Assembly: GCF_003018255.1 (NCBI RefSeq)
Contig: NZ_CP027440.1
Strand: one strand, 5' to 3'
Length of the DNA: 64,000 bases
From: Escherichia coli
GTDB lineage: Bacteria > Pseudomonadota > Gammaproteobacteria > Enterobacterales > Enterobacteriaceae
Positions 45,466 to 59,431 of this stretch are shown piece after piece. The notes beneath the pieces were generated by a model. That model searched no databases, was not told the origin of the DNA, and was given only the letters and a program-made list of their open reading frames with translations. The stretch's first letter is position 1. Each line of letters starts with the position of its first letter. The position numbers were made by a program, and so were the translations under genes.

Positions 45466-48400
45466 ATGGCTAACTATTTTATTGATCGCCCGGTTTTTGC
45501 CTGGGTACTTGCCATTATTATGATGCTTGCAGGTGGTCTGGCGATCATGAACTTACCGGTTGCGCAGTATCCGCAGATTGCGCCACCGACCATTACCGTC
45601 AGCGCAACCTATCCGGGTGCCGATGCGCAAACGGTAGAAGACTCGGTCACTCAGGTGATTGAGCAAAATATGAATGGGCTTGATGGCCTGATGTACATGT
45701 CTTCAACCAGTGATGCGGCGGGTAATGCCTCTATCACTCTGACCTTCGAGACTGGGACATCTCCTGATATCGCACAGGTTCAGGTGCAAAATAAACTGCA
45801 GCTCGCTATGCCTTCATTACCTGAAGCGGTGCAGCAGCAGGGGATTAGCGTCGATAAGTCGAGCAGTAATATCCTGATGGTAGCGGCATTTATTTCTGAT
45901 AACGGCAGCCTCAACCAGTACGATATCGCGGACTATGTAGCGTCTAATATCAAAGACCCGCTAAGCCGTACCGCGGGCGTTGGTAGCGTACAGCTCTTTG
46001 GTTCCGAGTACGCCATGCGTATCTGGCTGGACCCGCAAAAACTCAATAAATATAACCTGGTACCTTCCGATGTTATTTCCCAGATTAAGGTGCAAAATAA
46101 CCAGATTTCCGGTGGTCAACTGGGTGGCATGCCACAGGCGGCAGACCAGCAACTGAACGCCTCGATCATTGTGCAGACGCGTCTGCAAACGCCGGAAGAA
46201 TTTGGCAAAATCCTGTTGAAAGTTCAGCAAGATGGTTCGCAAGTACTGCTGCGTGATGTCGCCCGCGTCGAACTTGGGGCGGAAGATTATTCCACCGTGG
46301 CGCGCTATAACGGCAAACCTGCTGCCGGGATCGCCATCAAACTGGCTACCGGAGCAAACGCCCTGGATACCTCGCGAGCGGTGAAAGAGGAGCTGAACCG
46401 TTTATCGGCTTATTTCCCTGCAAGCCTGAAGACGGTTTATCCTTACGACACCACACCGTTTATCAAAATTTCTATTCAGGAAGTTTTCAAAACGCTGGTT
46501 GAGGCTATCATCCTCGTCTTCCTGGTCATGTATCTGTTTTTGCAGAATTTCCGCGCCACAATCATCCCGACGATTGCCGTACCGGTGGTTATTCTCGGGA
46601 CGTTTGCGATCTTGTCGGCGGTCGGTTTCACCATCAACACGTTAACTATGTTCGGGATGGTGCTGGCGATAGGGTTACTGGTGGATGACGCCATCGTGGT
46701 GGTGGAGAACGTCGAGCGTGTCATTGCGGAAGATAAGCTACCGCCGAAGGAAGCGACGCATAAATCGATGGGGCAGATCCAACGTGCGCTGGTCGGGATT
46801 GCCGTTGTTCTTTCCGCAGTGTTTATGCCGATGGCCTTTATGAGCGGTGCAACCGGGGAGATCTACCGCCAGTTCTCCATCACGCTGATCTCCTCCATGC
46901 TGCTTTCAGTATTTGTGGCAATGAGCCTGACCCCTGCCCTGTGCGCCACCATTCTGAAAGCCGCGCCGGAAGGCGGTCACAAACCTAACGCCCTGTTCGC
47001 ACGCTTCAACACGCTGTTTGAAAAATCAACTCAGCACTATACCGATAGCACCCGCTCGCTGTTGCGTTGTACCGGTCGCTACATGGTGGTCTACCTGCTG
47101 ATTTGCGCCGGGATGGCGGTGCTGTTCCTGCGTACGCCGACCTCTTTCTTACCAGAAGAGGATCAGGGGGTATTTATGACCACCGCGCAGTTACCTTCCG
47201 GTGCCACCATGGTTAACACCACGAAAGTGCTGCAACAGGTGACGGATTATTATCTGACTAAAGAGAAAGATAATGTTCAGTCGGTGTTTACCGTTGGCGG
47301 CTTTGGCTTCAGCGGCCAGGGGCAAAACAACGGCCTGGCGTTTATCAGTCTCAAGCCGTGGTCTGAACGTGTCGGTGAGGAAAACTCGGTTACCGCGATC
47401 ATTCAGCGGGCAATGATTGCGTTAAGCAGTATCAATAAAGCCGTCGTCTTCCCGTTCAACTTACCCGCGGTGGCTGAACTGGGTACCGCGTCAGGTTTTG
47501 ATATGGAACTGCTGGACAACGGCAATCTGGGGCACGAAAAACTGACCCAGGCGCGAAACGAGCTGTTATCACTGGCAGCGCAATCACCGAATCAGGTCAT
47601 CGGGGTACGCCCGAACGGCCTGGAAGATACGCCGATGTTCAAAGTGAACGTCAACGCTGCGAAAGCCGAGGCTATGGGGGTGGCGCTGTCTGATATCAAC
47701 CAGACAATTTCCACCGCCTTCGGCAGCAGCTACGTGAACGACTTCCTCAACCAGGGGCGGGTGAAAAAAGTGTATGTCCAGGCAGGCACGCCGTTCCGTA
47801 TGTTGCCGGATAACATCAACCAATGGTATGTACGCAACGCCTCTGGCACGATGGCACCGCTTTCTGCCTATTCGTCTACCGAATGGACCTATGGTTCACC
47901 GCGACTGGAACGCTACAACGGCATCCCGTCAATGGAGATTTTAGGTGAAGCGGCGGCCGGGAAAAGTACCGGTGACGCCATGAAATTTATGGCAGACCTG
48001 GTCGCTAAACTTCCGGCAGGCGTCGGCTACTCATGGACCGGACTGTCGTATCAGGAAGCGTTATCCTCAAATCAGGCTCCCGCGCTGTATGCCATTTCAC
48101 TGGTCGTGGTGTTCCTCGCCCTCGCCGCACTTTATGAGAGCTGGTCAATTCCGTTCTCGGTGATGTTGGTTGTACCGTTAGGCGTCGTTGGCGCATTAAT
48201 GGCCACCGATCTACGCGGCTTAAGTAATGACGTCTACTTCCAGGTTGGTTTGCTGACCACCATCGGGCTTTCCGCCAAAAACGCCATCCTGATTGTCGAA
48301 TTTGCCGTTGAGATGATGCAGAAAGAAGGGAAAACGCCGATAGAGGCAATCATCGAAGCGGCGCGGATGCGTTTACGCCCAATCCTGATGACCTCTCTGG

Positions 48401-48579
48401 CCTTTATTCTCGGCGTGCTGCCGCTGGTTATCAGTCATGGTGCCGGTTCTGGCGCGCAAAACGCGGTAGGTACCGGCGTGATGGGCGGGATGTTTGCCGC
48501 AACAGTGCTGGCAATTTACTTCGTTCCGGTCTTTTTCGTTGTAGTGGAACATCTCTTTGCCCGCTTTAAAAAAGCGTAA
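45466..48579 (+). CDS. mdtF: RND multidrug efflux transporter
   Basis: 1037 aa, AcrB-like 12-TM protein. Confidence 0.95.
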   Translation: MANYFIDRPVFAWVLAIIMMLAGGLAIMNLPVAQYPQIAPPTITVSATYPGADAQTVEDSVTQVIEQNMNGLDGLMYMSSTSDAAGNASITLTFETGTSPDIAQVQVQNKLQLAMPSLPEAVQQQGISVDKSSSNILMVAAFISDNGSLNQYDIADYVASNIKDPLSRTAGVGSVQLFGSEYAMRIWLDPQKLNKYNLVPSDVISQIKVQNNQISGGQLGGMPQAADQQLNASIIVQTRLQTPEEFGKILLKVQQDGSQVLLRDVARVELGAEDYSTVARYNGKPAAGIAIKLATGANALDTSRAVKEELNRLSAYFPASLKTVYPYDTTPFIKISIQEVFKTLVEAIILVFLVMYLFLQNFRATIIPTIAVPVVILGTFAILSAVGFTINTLTMFGMVLAIGLLVDDAIVVVENVERVIAEDKLPPKEATHKSMGQIQRALVGIAVVLSAVFMPMAFMSGATGEIYRQFSITLISSMLLSVFVAMSLTPALCATILKAAPEGGHKPNALFARFNTLFEKSTQHYTDSTRSLLRCTGRYMVVYLLICAGMAVLFLRTPTSFLPEEDQGVFMTTAQLPSGATMVNTTKVLQQVTDYYLTKEKDNVQSVFTVGGFGFSGQGQNNGLAFISLKPWSERVGEENSVTAIIQRAMIALSSINKAVVFPFNLPAVAELGTASGFDMELLDNGNLGHEKLTQARNELLSLAAQSPNQVIGVRPNGLEDTPMFKVNVNAAKAEAMGVALSDINQTISTAFGSSYVNDFLNQGRVKKVYVQAGTPFRMLPDNINQWYVRNASGTMAPLSAYSSTEWTYGSPRLERYNGIPSMEILGEAAAGKSTGDAMKFMADLVAKLPAGVGYSWTGLSYQEALSSNQAPALYAISLVVVFLALAALYESWSIPFSVMLVVPLGVVGALMATDLRGLSNDVYFQVGLLTTIGLSAKNAILIVEFAVEMMQKEGKTPIEAIIEAARMRLRPILMTSLAFILGVLPLVISHGAGSGAQNAVGTGVMGGMFAATVLAIYFVPVFFVVVEHLFARFKKA

Positions 48580-48591
48580 CGTGTAAATGAG

Positions 48592-48623
48592 AGTAAGGTT
48601 GAACGTGAGGGTTCAGCCTTACT
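48592..48623 (+). terminator. Hairpin terminator after mdtF
   Basis: 13-bp stem AGTAAGGTTGAAC / GTTCAGCCTTACT with one G-U pair, followed by a T-rich stretch. Confidence 0.55.
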
Positions 48624-48941
48624 CTTTCCTGCTAACCATTCACCACTCAACAACCAGCTAACCGTCAGGAATACCAGGCTTAGTACACAGCACTGAAAGT
48701 AGAAACCACTCCAGCCATTCGTCATCAATTTAAACAACACAATACTGACCCACATTCCCGTAATCGTATGAATTGTCAGCTTAATAATCCCAAACATGCC
48801 GAGTCTTTTCCTCCTGAAAATACCTATACCGCCTGGCAAACTGCGAAAGAGAACTAGCCGGTAGCCCGGCAGAAATCATCAGGGAAGAGTTTCACATGAA
48901 GCAGGTGTGAGATCCTGACCAATATTCAAATGCAAAATATG

Positions 48942-49670
48942 TCAGGAAAAGGTACCTGGCGAATGTTGCGCAAACTGATGTGGCGTTACACCATAATATT
49001 GTCGAAATGTGTTTATAAAGTACGACGTACTGCTATAGCCACATTTTTCCGCAATAGTATGCAGAGGAATTTGACGTAACTCGAGTAATCGTCTGGCCAT
49101 CGACATCCTGGAGGCGAGTAATATTTTACTGAAACAGGTATTTTCATCCTGCAACTTTTTTTTGATGAGACTCTCGCTGGTATACATTCTTTCCGCAATA
49201 TCGCGCAGATACCAACGTTTGGCGATATCAAAGCTAATAAGGCGTTCAACTTTTCCTGAAACAGTACTGATACTATTGAAAAGTAAGGGGATCAGTTCTT
49301 TCTTATGAGAAAACATCGATAAACAGGAAAGATAGAGCATTTTGCTCAATATCGGCGAATTTACCCCGGAGTCATTGAAACTATCAAAAATCGCCGTCAC
49401 CAGCGGCATGGGGGGTGACTGGTTAATTAACAGACGGTCTTTGCTATGTAACCCTAAATTGCGTGGTATCTGACGAATATTTTGTAAGTAATGGCAAACT
49501 GTCAGCTCATCGATATCCAGTCGTCGTGTATCCGGTGAACAAAACGCAAAATCGTCTGCCAAATTTTTATCCAGTAACAGGATACTCTCGTTATGCAACG
49601 ATATTTTTTGCTGTTCATGATGAATATCGAATGAACGACGAACGAGGATCACCGAGCAGACATGAGTCAT
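48942..49670 (-). CDS. gadW: AraC-family regulator GadW
   Basis: 242 aa, C-terminal AraC-type HTH. Confidence 0.9.
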   Translation of the reverse strand: MTHVCSVILVRRSFDIHHEQQKISLHNESILLLDKNLADDFAFCSPDTRRLDIDELTVCHYLQNIRQIPRNLGLHSKDRLLINQSPPMPLVTAIFDSFNDSGVNSPILSKMLYLSCLSMFSHKKELIPLLFNSISTVSGKVERLISFDIAKRWYLRDIAERMYTSESLIKKKLQDENTCFSKILLASRMSMARRLLELRQIPLHTIAEKCGYSSTSYFINTFRQYYGVTPHQFAQHSPGTFS

Positions 49671-49916
49671 GACTATCCCTTATATTTCATTGCTGCGATT
49701 ATTTCAATTTCAGTATACTAATGAAATGATGCCTGACTGTTTCTTAGCGCAAAAACTGCCAGATTTGGTAGGACCAAAATTTATCCACAAAGTAGTTTTG
49801 CATAACAGTTAATTGATAATAAGTAAATGCAACACGAATATATTTTCGCACAGCGTATAGCTTATGTTTATAAAAAAATGGCTGATCTTATTTCCAGTAA
49901 AAGTTATATTTAACTT

Positions 49917-50021
49917 ACTGAGAGCACAAAGTTTCCCGTGCCAACAGGGAGTGTTATAACGGTTTATTAGTCTGGAGACGGCAGACTATCCTCTTCCCGG
50001 TCCCCTATGCCGGGTTTTTTT
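49917..50021 (+). ncRNA. gadY: GadY small RNA, cis-antisense to the gadX 3' UTR
   Basis: Sequence ACTGAGAGCACAAAGTTTCCCGTGCCAACAGGGAG... matches GadY as recalled and ends in terminator CCCGG-N10-CCGGG plus TTTTTTT. Confidence 0.8.
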
Positions 50022-50037
50022 ATGTCTGAGTAAAACT

Positions 50038-50862
50038 CTATAATCTTATTCCTTCCGCAGAACGGTCAGTGCCGTAAAAATTCCCTTGCGCAGCCATACT
50101 TGCCGCCGGGCCACAGTTCGGTAATTCCTGCGCCGATCGCTCCTGATACTCTGTGGGCGTCATCCCATAATAATTTCGAAAAACGTAAATGAAATACGAC
50201 ACGCTGTGATATCCACAGGATACTGCAACTCGCTTAATTGAAACCCCATATATAACAATAAGTTGTAAAGCACGCTGCATCCTACACTCAGTAAGCAACT
50301 GTGAATATGACGTACCTTCTTCGCGCAATTTTTTCTTTAACAGGCTTGGACTCATCAACAATTCGCTAGCGATTCGGGCTAATGTCCACTCATGGGCGAT
50401 ATTATTATTGATGACCGTACAAACTCGTGTTCGCATATTCGGTTGCAACACGTTCAGAAGTAACGGTATAAACTGCGTATCCTCAAGAAAAACAGATAAC
50501 AACGCAAAGATTAATGCCCTTTTACGTAGCATTTCTGCATAGCGAAGATTCTTATTCTGCGACAGTTGCGCAACTTCCTGAAAAACAGGAATATCTCTGG
50601 TACAGTGATGAACGAGTAATGAAGGAACTTTTTTATGTGCATGAAGTTTTAATGCCTCCTCCTTGAGCATCGGGAGAAATAATGAAAGCGTGTCTCTTGA
50701 AACTAATACGAAATTCTCAACACACTTATCCACTTGAATTTGGCTTGCATCCGCAAAAACCAGATCACCGCCATTAAAATAGCGATATTCACCATTAACC
50801 ATGGTGAGAATATATTTATGTCTTGCGTACGCAATTAGACAATTACCATGTAGTGGTTGCAT
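50038..50862 (-). CDS. gadX: AraC-family regulator GadX
   Basis: 274 aa, paralog of GadW, position upstream of gadA on the same strand. Confidence 0.9.
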   Translation of the reverse strand: MQPLHGNCLIAYARHKYILTMVNGEYRYFNGGDLVFADASQIQVDKCVENFVLVSRDTLSLFLPMLKEEALKLHAHKKVPSLLVHHCTRDIPVFQEVAQLSQNKNLRYAEMLRKRALIFALLSVFLEDTQFIPLLLNVLQPNMRTRVCTVINNNIAHEWTLARIASELLMSPSLLKKKLREEGTSYSQLLTECRMQRALQLIVIYGVSIKRVAVSCGYHSVSYFIYVFRNYYGMTPTEYQERSAQELPNCGPAASMAAQGNFYGTDRSAEGIRL

Positions 50863-51230
50863 AGTTGACTTAATATTACATAAACATATTACTGTTTATT
50901 AATGTAGCACGCCGCCCTCTTAAGTCAAATTGATTGATAAATAAATTTAAACGAAGCGGGAGAACAGGATGATAATGTGTGATGTTCTACGGGCAGGATG
51001 ACTGGATTTATAATACAAAAACGCGTTTAAGAACGCAGGGAAATTAATAGTAAGCAAATAATCCCTTTTCGTTACATTAAATATAATCGCTACATTTAAT
51101 AAACATTCATATAACATATATCTTATCAACACGATGAATAGACAGCCAATATATTATTGCGATTAATAAGCAACCGAATGCCCAGCTGTTTTTTAAAGGT
51201 TGGGCATTCGGTTTTTACAACGTTATGTTA

Positions 51231-52631
51231 TCAGGTATGTTTAAAGCTGTTCTGCTGGGCAATACCCTGCAGTTTCGGGTGGTCGCTGAGATATTTCAGG
51301 GAGGCTTTGTAGTCTTCCAGCAACAGTTCAGCAAAGTCCATTTCGAAGCCGCGACGACACATAATGCGCATCACCACGATGTCAGTGGCTTCACCGCCGA
51401 GAGTGAAGGCCGGAACCTGCCAGCCGCGCAGACGCAGACGTTCAGAGAGGTCGTAGAGGGTGTATCCTGGATCTTCACCATCTTTCAGTTTGAAGCAAAC
51501 CGCCGGGATGCCTTCGTCCGGGCGACCGGTACAGATGAACTCATACGGCCCCAGTTTGGCGATTTCATCCGCCAGATAAGCGGCAACCTGGTAGGAAGCG
51601 TTCTGTACTTTGGTATAGCCTTCACGACCGAGGCGCAGGAATTCATAGTACTGTGCAATCACCTGACCCGCCGGGCGGGAGAAGTTGATGGCGAAAGTAC
51701 CAATCTGACCGCCGAGGTAGTCAACGTTGAACACCAGTTCCTGCGGCAGCGCTTCTTCATCACGCCAGATAACCCAGCCGCAGCCCAGCGGAGCCAGACC
51801 GAATTTATGGCCTGAAGCACTGATCGATTTCACACGCGGCAGGCGGAAGTCCCAGACGATATCCGGGGCGACGAACGGTGCCAGGAAGCCACCGCTGGCG
51901 GCGTCGATGTGCATGTCGATGTCGATACCGGTGTCGGCCTGGAATTTATCCAGCGCATCGTGCAGCGGCTGCGGGAACTCATAGTTACCGGTGTAGGTCA
52001 CGCCGAAAGTCGGCACCACGCCGATGGTATTTTCGTCGCAGGCTTCAATCATGCGTTTCGGGTCCATAAACAACTGACCGGGGCGCATAGGGATCTCACG
52101 CAACTCCACATCCCAGTAGCGGGCGAATTTATGCCAGCAGATTTGTACCGGACCGCACACCAGGTTTGGTTTATCCGTTGGTTTGCCTGCGGCTTCCATA
52201 CGCTTGCGCCAACGCCATTTCATCGCCATCCCGCCGAGCATACAGGCCTCGGAAGAACCAATGGTGTTGGTGCCAACGGCCTGACCATTTTTCGGTGCAG
52301 GCGCATGCCACAGATCGGCAACCATGTTTACGCAACGCAGGTCGATTGCAGCGGATTGCGGATATTCTTCTTTGTCGATCCAGTTTTTATTGATCGACAA
52401 ATCCATCAATTTATGGACGTTTTCGTCGTCCCAGGTCTGGCAGAAAGTGGCCAGGTTCTGACGAGCGTTGCCATCAAGATATAATTCATCATTGATAATC
52501 TGAAATGCAACATCATCGCGCATTTCGTGCAGCGGAAATCGTTTTGACTCCGCGATAGTAGAAATGGCCTTTGCACCAAAACGTGAATCGAGTAGTTCTG
52601 AGCGGAAATCCGTTAACAGCTTCTGGTCCAT
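51231..52631 (-). CDS. gadA: Glutamate decarboxylase alpha
   Basis: Start set at [20 protein letters not shown] (466 aa); PLP-binding [10 protein letters not shown] motif. Confidence 0.9.
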   Translation of the reverse strand: MDQKLLTDFRSELLDSRFGAKAISTIAESKRFPLHEMRDDVAFQIINDELYLDGNARQNLATFCQTWDDENVHKLMDLSINKNWIDKEEYPQSAAIDLRCVNMVADLWHAPAPKNGQAVGTNTIGSSEACMLGGMAMKWRWRKRMEAAGKPTDKPNLVCGPVQICWHKFARYWDVELREIPMRPGQLFMDPKRMIEACDENTIGVVPTFGVTYTGNYEFPQPLHDALDKFQADTGIDIDMHIDAASGGFLAPFVAPDIVWDFRLPRVKSISASGHKFGLAPLGCGWVIWRDEEALPQELVFNVDYLGGQIGTFAINFSRPAGQVIAQYYEFLRLGREGYTKVQNASYQVAAYLADEIAKLGPYEFICTGRPDEGIPAVCFKLKDGEDPGYTLYDLSERLRLRGWQVPAFTLGGEATDIVVMRIMCRRGFEMDFAELLLEDYKASLKYLSDHPKLQGIAQQNSFKHT

Positions 52632-52710
52632 TTCGAACTCCTTAAATTTATTTGAAGGCAATAAAAAAGTAGGATTTATCCGCAATGGAAGCAAGGCATT
52701 ACAGGCTTAA

Positions 52711-52730
52711 TTTAAATAACAAAATCCTAA
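52711..52730 (-). promoter_or_regulatory. GAD box (GadE/GadX binding site) upstream of gadA
   Basis: Plus strand reads TTTAAATAACAAAATCCTAA, the reverse complement of the 20-bp GAD box TTAGGATTTTGTTATTTAAA, 80-100 bp upstream of the gadA ATG. Confidence 0.85.
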
Positions 52731-52805
52731 GCAGAAAAACGACCTTTTATAATATAAACATTTAATATGATAATATTAAAAACAGACTTTATTATCGTAA
52801 TAAAA

Positions 52806-52833
52806 ATCGCCCAAACACTCCTGTTCGGGCGAT
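52806..52833 (-). terminator. Intrinsic terminator after ccp (yhjA)
   Basis: ATCGCCC...GGGCGAT stem followed on the minus strand by TTTTT. Confidence 0.6.
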
Positions 52834-52841
52834 CAAATTAA

Positions 52842-54239
52842 TTATTGTTTATCCTGCATATACGGCGTGTAAACCCCGTTCAGACTGTGCAGGAAAGCTA
52901 CGATATCATCCACATCCTCCTGCGGCAGCTCTTTGCCTACCTGATAGCGCAGCATCAGTTTCACCGCCCCGTCCAGCGTCGGCACGTCACCGCGATGGAA
53001 GTACGGTGCCGTTAAAGCAACGTTACGTAAACCGGGTACTTTCTGACGCAATTTATCACGCTCTTCTTTAGTAACATTCATACGACCAATATCCGCCGCC
53101 GTAATTTCACCAAAGTTAAAGTCTTTTTTCAGCCCCAACGGTTCAAAGGAACGTCCGCCGAGAATAATACCACCATGACAAGTTGCACATTTATTATCTT
53201 TAAATAATTGATAGCCTTTTTTCTGTTGCGCCGTCAGAGCATTCTCATCTCCACGCAACCATTTATCAAATGGGGAATCCGGCGTAATTAATGTTTTCTC
53301 AAATTCAGCAATGGCATCAGTAATATTTTCGCCACTGAAACCTTGCGGATAGACTTCGAGGAACTGCGCTTTAAGCTGCGGATCTTTTTCCAGCTTAGCA
53401 ATAATTTCGTCCCAGGATTTCGACGCCATTTCAATCGGGTTCAACGGCGGTCCACCAGCCTGATCCTGCAATGTTGCCGCACGACCATCCCAGAACTGCT
53501 CAACGTTAAATACTGAGTTAAATACCGTCGGCGCGTTAATCGGCCCCACTGCGCCACCAACACCAATCGATGTTTTTCTGCCATCGACGCCCCCCGCATT
53601 CAACGCATGGCAATGAGCGCATGAAATGGTGCTATCAGCCGATAAACGGGGATCGTGATACAGCGCAAAACCCAACGCCACTTTTTGCGCATCGGTAGGC
53701 AGTTTTTGCGGGATGGGCTGCACCGGTTCATTGCGATGCTCCGGAGCAGTATCATTGCTGGCGTAATATTCCGCGCGCTGTTTTGCAATCCAGGCCAGTA
53801 TTTCCGCCCGCTCTTCATCACTCACCTTACCCGCCCAGTGTAGCGCGGTATAACGCGTTGGCGGCATAGTTTCATACTGCATCACCCATTCAATCTTATT
53901 CAGATCGCTTTGCGAAACGGGTTTATTAGCCAGCAGAGCCGCACGCACGGCCTCGAGGTTAAAAGATTTATATCCAAGCTTTATGTCGTAATCCATCAAC
54001 TGTTTCGCGCCGGGAATATAATAATAGGCGGGTAATTCTGCCGAAGGTGTATGGCAATAGTCGCATCCTTTTTCACGGAGAAAGCCTAAAACCTTATTAT
54101 TTTCACTGACAGCAGATGCCTGAACATCGGCCTGTTTACTGCGTTTATTATCGTGGTACCACACATAACCAGATAACCCTAAATAGCAAATCGCGACGCC
54201 AGCCAGGCCGATCGCGGTAATACGTGAGACCATTTTCAT
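52842..54239 (-). CDS. ccp: Cytochrome c peroxidase (di/tri-haem)
   Basis: 465 aa with CxxCH haem-binding motifs (CDYCH, CAHCH, CATCH). Confidence 0.9.
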   Translation of the reverse strand: MKMVSRITAIGLAGVAICYLGLSGYVWYHDNKRSKQADVQASAVSENNKVLGFLREKGCDYCHTPSAELPAYYYIPGAKQLMDYDIKLGYKSFNLEAVRAALLANKPVSQSDLNKIEWVMQYETMPPTRYTALHWAGKVSDEERAEILAWIAKQRAEYYASNDTAPEHRNEPVQPIPQKLPTDAQKVALGFALYHDPRLSADSTISCAHCHALNAGGVDGRKTSIGVGGAVGPINAPTVFNSVFNVEQFWDGRAATLQDQAGGPPLNPIEMASKSWDEIIAKLEKDPQLKAQFLEVYPQGFSGENITDAIAEFEKTLITPDSPFDKWLRGDENALTAQQKKGYQLFKDNKCATCHGGIILGGRSFEPLGLKKDFNFGEITAADIGRMNVTKEERDKLRQKVPGLRNVALTAPYFHRGDVPTLDGAVKLMLRYQVGKELPQEDVDDIVAFLHSLNGVYTPYMQDKQ

Positions 54240-54613
54240 TATTCTTCCCTCACGGTGGTGAGTTATTGTGACCCAGAAAATTTTCCAGAATGCTGCAAAC
54301 GTCTCTGCGAGACAAAGCCATCATAAAAAACAGGGAGATATGCTTTTTGATAGGAATCAATCAATTACATGAATATAAACTATCAATAAGATAGCCAGTG
54401 CCTATTACCCAGATCAGGAATGGCATATCATGATTGCGGCGAGAGCAGGATTGAATGTTCTGAAAATGAAAAACAACACGAAATCCGTATTTTTATAAAT
54501 TCCATTGATATTAGTGCGTTATATTTTTTGGCAGGTTAATAAACGTGATCCACCGCACGCTTTGTCGCCCACCAGGCGGAGCGAATGACTACCCTTAAAG
54601 AAAAGCCCGATAA

Positions 54614-56293
<1,680 letters not shown>

Positions 56294-56300
56294 TATTTTT

Positions 56301-56330
56301 ACAGCCAGCCGCTAACTTCCTGCTGGCTGT
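56301..56330. terminator. Bidirectional hairpin between convergent treF and yhjB
   Basis: ACAGCCAGC...GCTGGCTGT stem with T-runs on both sides. Confidence 0.6.
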
Positions 56331-56343
56331 AAAATTATCCTCT

Positions 56344-56946
56344 TCAGGAGGAGATATTTAACATCATTGCCGCCTGGGTGCGATTTTTCACTTCCAGACG
56401 GCGATACAGGGATTCCAGATGCGCTTTTACCGTTCCGGTACTGATATTCAGCGCCCTGCCGATCTCCTTATTTGATTCGCCCGCCGCTAACATGGTTAAA
56501 ATCTCCCGCTGGCGGGCGCTTAACGATTTGAGATCTTTAATGTCCTTTTCCGGCGTCGTCCGCCAGTCTCCAGGCAGAAACATCATCCCCATCGCCGCAC
56601 TATTTACCGCCAACGCAAATGTCTCGACGGTTGAATCACGAGGCACAATGGCCAGCACATTAAAATGGATAACTTCCTGTAACCACCGTTTATTGCAATC
56701 CGTCGCCGTAATTAACACCTTAACCTCAGGAAATTGCACCACGGTTTTTTGCAGCAACCAGTAACAAAACTCACCATCCTGATCGCCATCGAGCATCACT
56801 AAGGCTTCAGGGTAACTTTCCAGCTTTTGCCATAACTCGTCTGCCTGACTGGCCCCCTGAATACTCACTCCTGGAATACGTTGCTGTAAACTGATTTTCA
56901 TTCCATGAATAAATATTGACTGCCTGTCAAACATGACTATTTGCAT
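56344..56946 (-). CDS. yhjB: LuxR-family response-regulator-like protein
   Basis: 200 aa, C-terminal LuxR HTH. Confidence 0.85.
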   Translation of the reverse strand: MQIVMFDRQSIFIHGMKISLQQRIPGVSIQGASQADELWQKLESYPEALVMLDGDQDGEFCYWLLQKTVVQFPEVKVLITATDCNKRWLQEVIHFNVLAIVPRDSTVETFALAVNSAAMGMMFLPGDWRTTPEKDIKDLKSLSARQREILTMLAAGESNKEIGRALNISTGTVKAHLESLYRRLEVKNRTQAAMMLNISS

Positions 56947-57465
56947 AACTGAATCTCCACCTGAATACGTTAAAAAGACTTAAGTAGTGGAAGGGTATTA
57001 CCCGCGAGAAAAAATAAGAATTCGCCATTTGGCGGTGGCCATTCTACAGAGATGACGCGTAGAAAATAGTTACCGATATAAATAGTTACAGCTAAACGCC
57101 TGAAATTACATGTCGAGGGCACTATTTAAAACAATTTTGAGGATTTCCTTATATTAGTGGTTAGTACGCATGCAATTAAAAATGAAATTCCGCGACCACA
57201 AGCCAAAATAACAAATGGCAATGAGACAAAAATAAGCACAAATAGCCAATACGTCCTCTATTCACTTTAAAGGGAATCGCTGAAAAATACGCTCTGTTTA
57301 AGGGGATTCACCTTTCTAAGAAAGCTATTCCTCCCTTTTCCTACTGAGAAATCGCCACATTCGTCATGACAACATTGTGAAACCCGGCTTTAGGTGTTAG
57401 AAAAAACAATAAACAATGCGATATGCGCGTTACTGTTTCGTTGTGAACAACAATCGGTCAAAGAA

Positions 57466-58365
57466 ATGGATAAAATTCACGCAATGCAGTTGTTCATCAA
57501 AGTCGCGGAGCTGGAAAGTTTTTCTCGCGCGGCGGATTTCTTTGCTTTGCCAAAGGGAAGTGTTTCGCGCCAGATACAGGCACTGGAACATCAACTTGGC
57601 ATCCAGCTTCTCCAGCGCACCACGCGGCGAGTCAAACTCACGCCAGAAGGCATGACCTATTATCAACGGGCAAAAGATGTGTTGAGTAATCTCAACGAAC
57701 TGGACGGTCTGTTTCAACAGGATGCCACCAGTATCAGCGGTAAATTACGCATCGACATCCCGCCAGGAATCGCGAAAAGCCTGTTACTGCCGCGTCTGTC
57801 GGAATTTCTCTATCAGCATCCGGGAATTGAGCTGGAGCTGAGTAGCCATGACCGTCCGGTAGATATTCTTCACGATGGTTTTGATTGCGTGATACGCACT
57901 GGCGCGTTACCGGAAAATGGCGTTATCGCCCGTCCCCTCGGCAAACTGACCATGGTCAACTGTGCCAGTCCGCACTATCTGACGCGCTTTGGTTATCCGC
58001 AAAGCCCCGACGATCTGACTTCGCACGCAATAGTGCGTTACACACCGCACCTGGGTGTACATCCGTTAGGTTTTGAGGTTGCCAGCGTTAATGGCGTCCA
58101 GTGGTTTAAGTCTGGCGGCATGTTGACGGTAAACAGTCGCGAAAACTATCTCGCCGCCGGTCTTGCCGGTCTGGGGATTATTCAGATCCCGCGCATTGCC
58201 GTGCGCGAAGCCCTGCGTGCCGGGAGGCTTATTGAAGTATTACCTGGCTACCGTGCCGAGCCGCTCTCCCTTTCGCTGATTTATCCGCAGCGTCGGGAGC
58301 TTTCCCGGCGTGTAAACCTGTTTATGCAGTGGCTGGCTGGCGTAATGAAAGAGTACCTGGACTGA
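57466..58365 (+). CDS. yhjC: LysR-family transcriptional regulator
   Basis: N-terminal HTH MDKIHAMQLFIKVAELESFSRAAD; start chosen at MDKIH (the ORF track's 323-aa form begins 24 codons upstream). Confidence 0.8.
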   Translation: MDKIHAMQLFIKVAELESFSRAADFFALPKGSVSRQIQALEHQLGIQLLQRTTRRVKLTPEGMTYYQRAKDVLSNLNELDGLFQQDATSISGKLRIDIPPGIAKSLLLPRLSEFLYQHPGIELELSSHDRPVDILHDGFDCVIRTGALPENGVIARPLGKLTMVNCASPHYLTRFGYPQSPDDLTSHAIVRYTPHLGVHPLGFEVASVNGVQWFKSGGMLTVNSRENYLAAGLAGLGIIQIPRIAVREALRAGRLIEVLPGYRAEPLSLSLIYPQRRELSRRVNLFMQWLAGVMKEYLD

Positions 58366-58413
58366 CCGACTATACTTTTTAAGAATGACCACGACAGAAG
58401 GACAAAAGAGCGG

Positions 58414-59427
58414 ATGACGCAGGAAAACGAGATCAAACGTCCCACCCAGGATCTGGAGCACGAGCCGATTAAGCAGTTGGATAATAGCGAGAAAGGCGGC
58501 AAAGTTAGCCAGGCGCTGGAAACCGTCACCACCACGGCCGAGAAAGTCCAACGCCAACCGGTTATTGCGCACCTGATTCGCGCAACAGAGCGCTTTAACG
58601 ATCGGCTGGGTAACCAGTTTGGTGCGGCTATCACCTATTTCTCATTTTTATCGATGATCCCGATTTTGATGGTGTCGTTTGCCGCAGGGGGCTTTGTGCT
58701 GGCCTCCCATCCGATGTTGCTACAGGATATCTTCGACAAAATTCTGCAAAACATCAGCGATCCGACGCTAGCCGCCACGTTGAAAAACACCATCAACACC
58801 GCCGTTCAGCAGCGTACGACTGTAGGGCTTGTCGGCCTGGCGGTGGCGCTTTATTCCGGCATCAACTGGATGGGTAACCTGCGTGAAGCGATTCGCGCCC
58901 AGTCGCGCGATGTCTGGGAACGCTCGCCGCAAGATCAGGAGAAGTTCTGGGTAAAATATCTGCGTGATTTTATTTCGCTGATTGGTTTGTTGATTGCACT
59001 GATTGTGACGCTTTCGATCACCTCGGTTGCCGGTTCGGCGCAGCAAATGATTATTAGCGCCCTGCACCTGAACAGCATTGAGTGGCTGAAACCGACGTGG
59101 CGGTTGATTGGCCTGGCGATTTCCATCTTCGCCAACTATCTGCTTTTCTTTTGGATCTTCTGGCGCTTGCCGCGCCACCGTCCGCGCAAAAAAGCCCTGA
59201 TTCGCGGAACATTTCTGGCTGCGATTGGTTTTGAAGTGATTAAAATCGTGATGACCTACACCCTGCCATCGCTGATGAAATCCCCCTCTGGCGCAGCATT
59301 TGGTTCCGTGCTGGGACTGATGGCATTTTTCTACTTCTTCGCCCGTTTGACGCTGTTTTGCGCGGCGTGGATTGCCACCGCCGAATATAAAGACGACCCG
59401 CGAATGCCGGGGAAAACGCAGCCTTAA
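58414..59427 (+). CDS. yhjD: Inner membrane protein YhjD (YihY/virulence factor BrkB family)
   Basis: 337-aa polytopic membrane protein. Confidence 0.85.
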   Translation: MTQENEIKRPTQDLEHEPIKQLDNSEKGGKVSQALETVTTTAEKVQRQPVIAHLIRATERFNDRLGNQFGAAITYFSFLSMIPILMVSFAAGGFVLASHPMLLQDIFDKILQNISDPTLAATLKNTINTAVQQRTTVGLVGLAVALYSGINWMGNLREAIRAQSRDVWERSPQDQEKFWVKYLRDFISLIGLLIALIVTLSITSVAGSAQQMIISALHLNSIEWLKPTWRLIGLAISIFANYLLFFWIFWRLPRHRPRKKALIRGTFLAAIGFEVIKIVMTYTLPSLMKSPSGAAFGSVLGLMAFFYFFARLTLFCAAWIATAEYKDDPRMPGKTQP

Positions 59428-59431
59428 AATA

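Noticed and set aside
51909-52484. 191-aa plus-strand ORF and 196-aa ORF at 51225-51815 inside gadA
   Set aside because: Antisense to gadA; no independent signals.
57394-57465. 24-codon N-terminal extension of yhjC
   Set aside because: LysR regulators begin with the HTH at the N-terminus; MDKIH places the HTH correctly.
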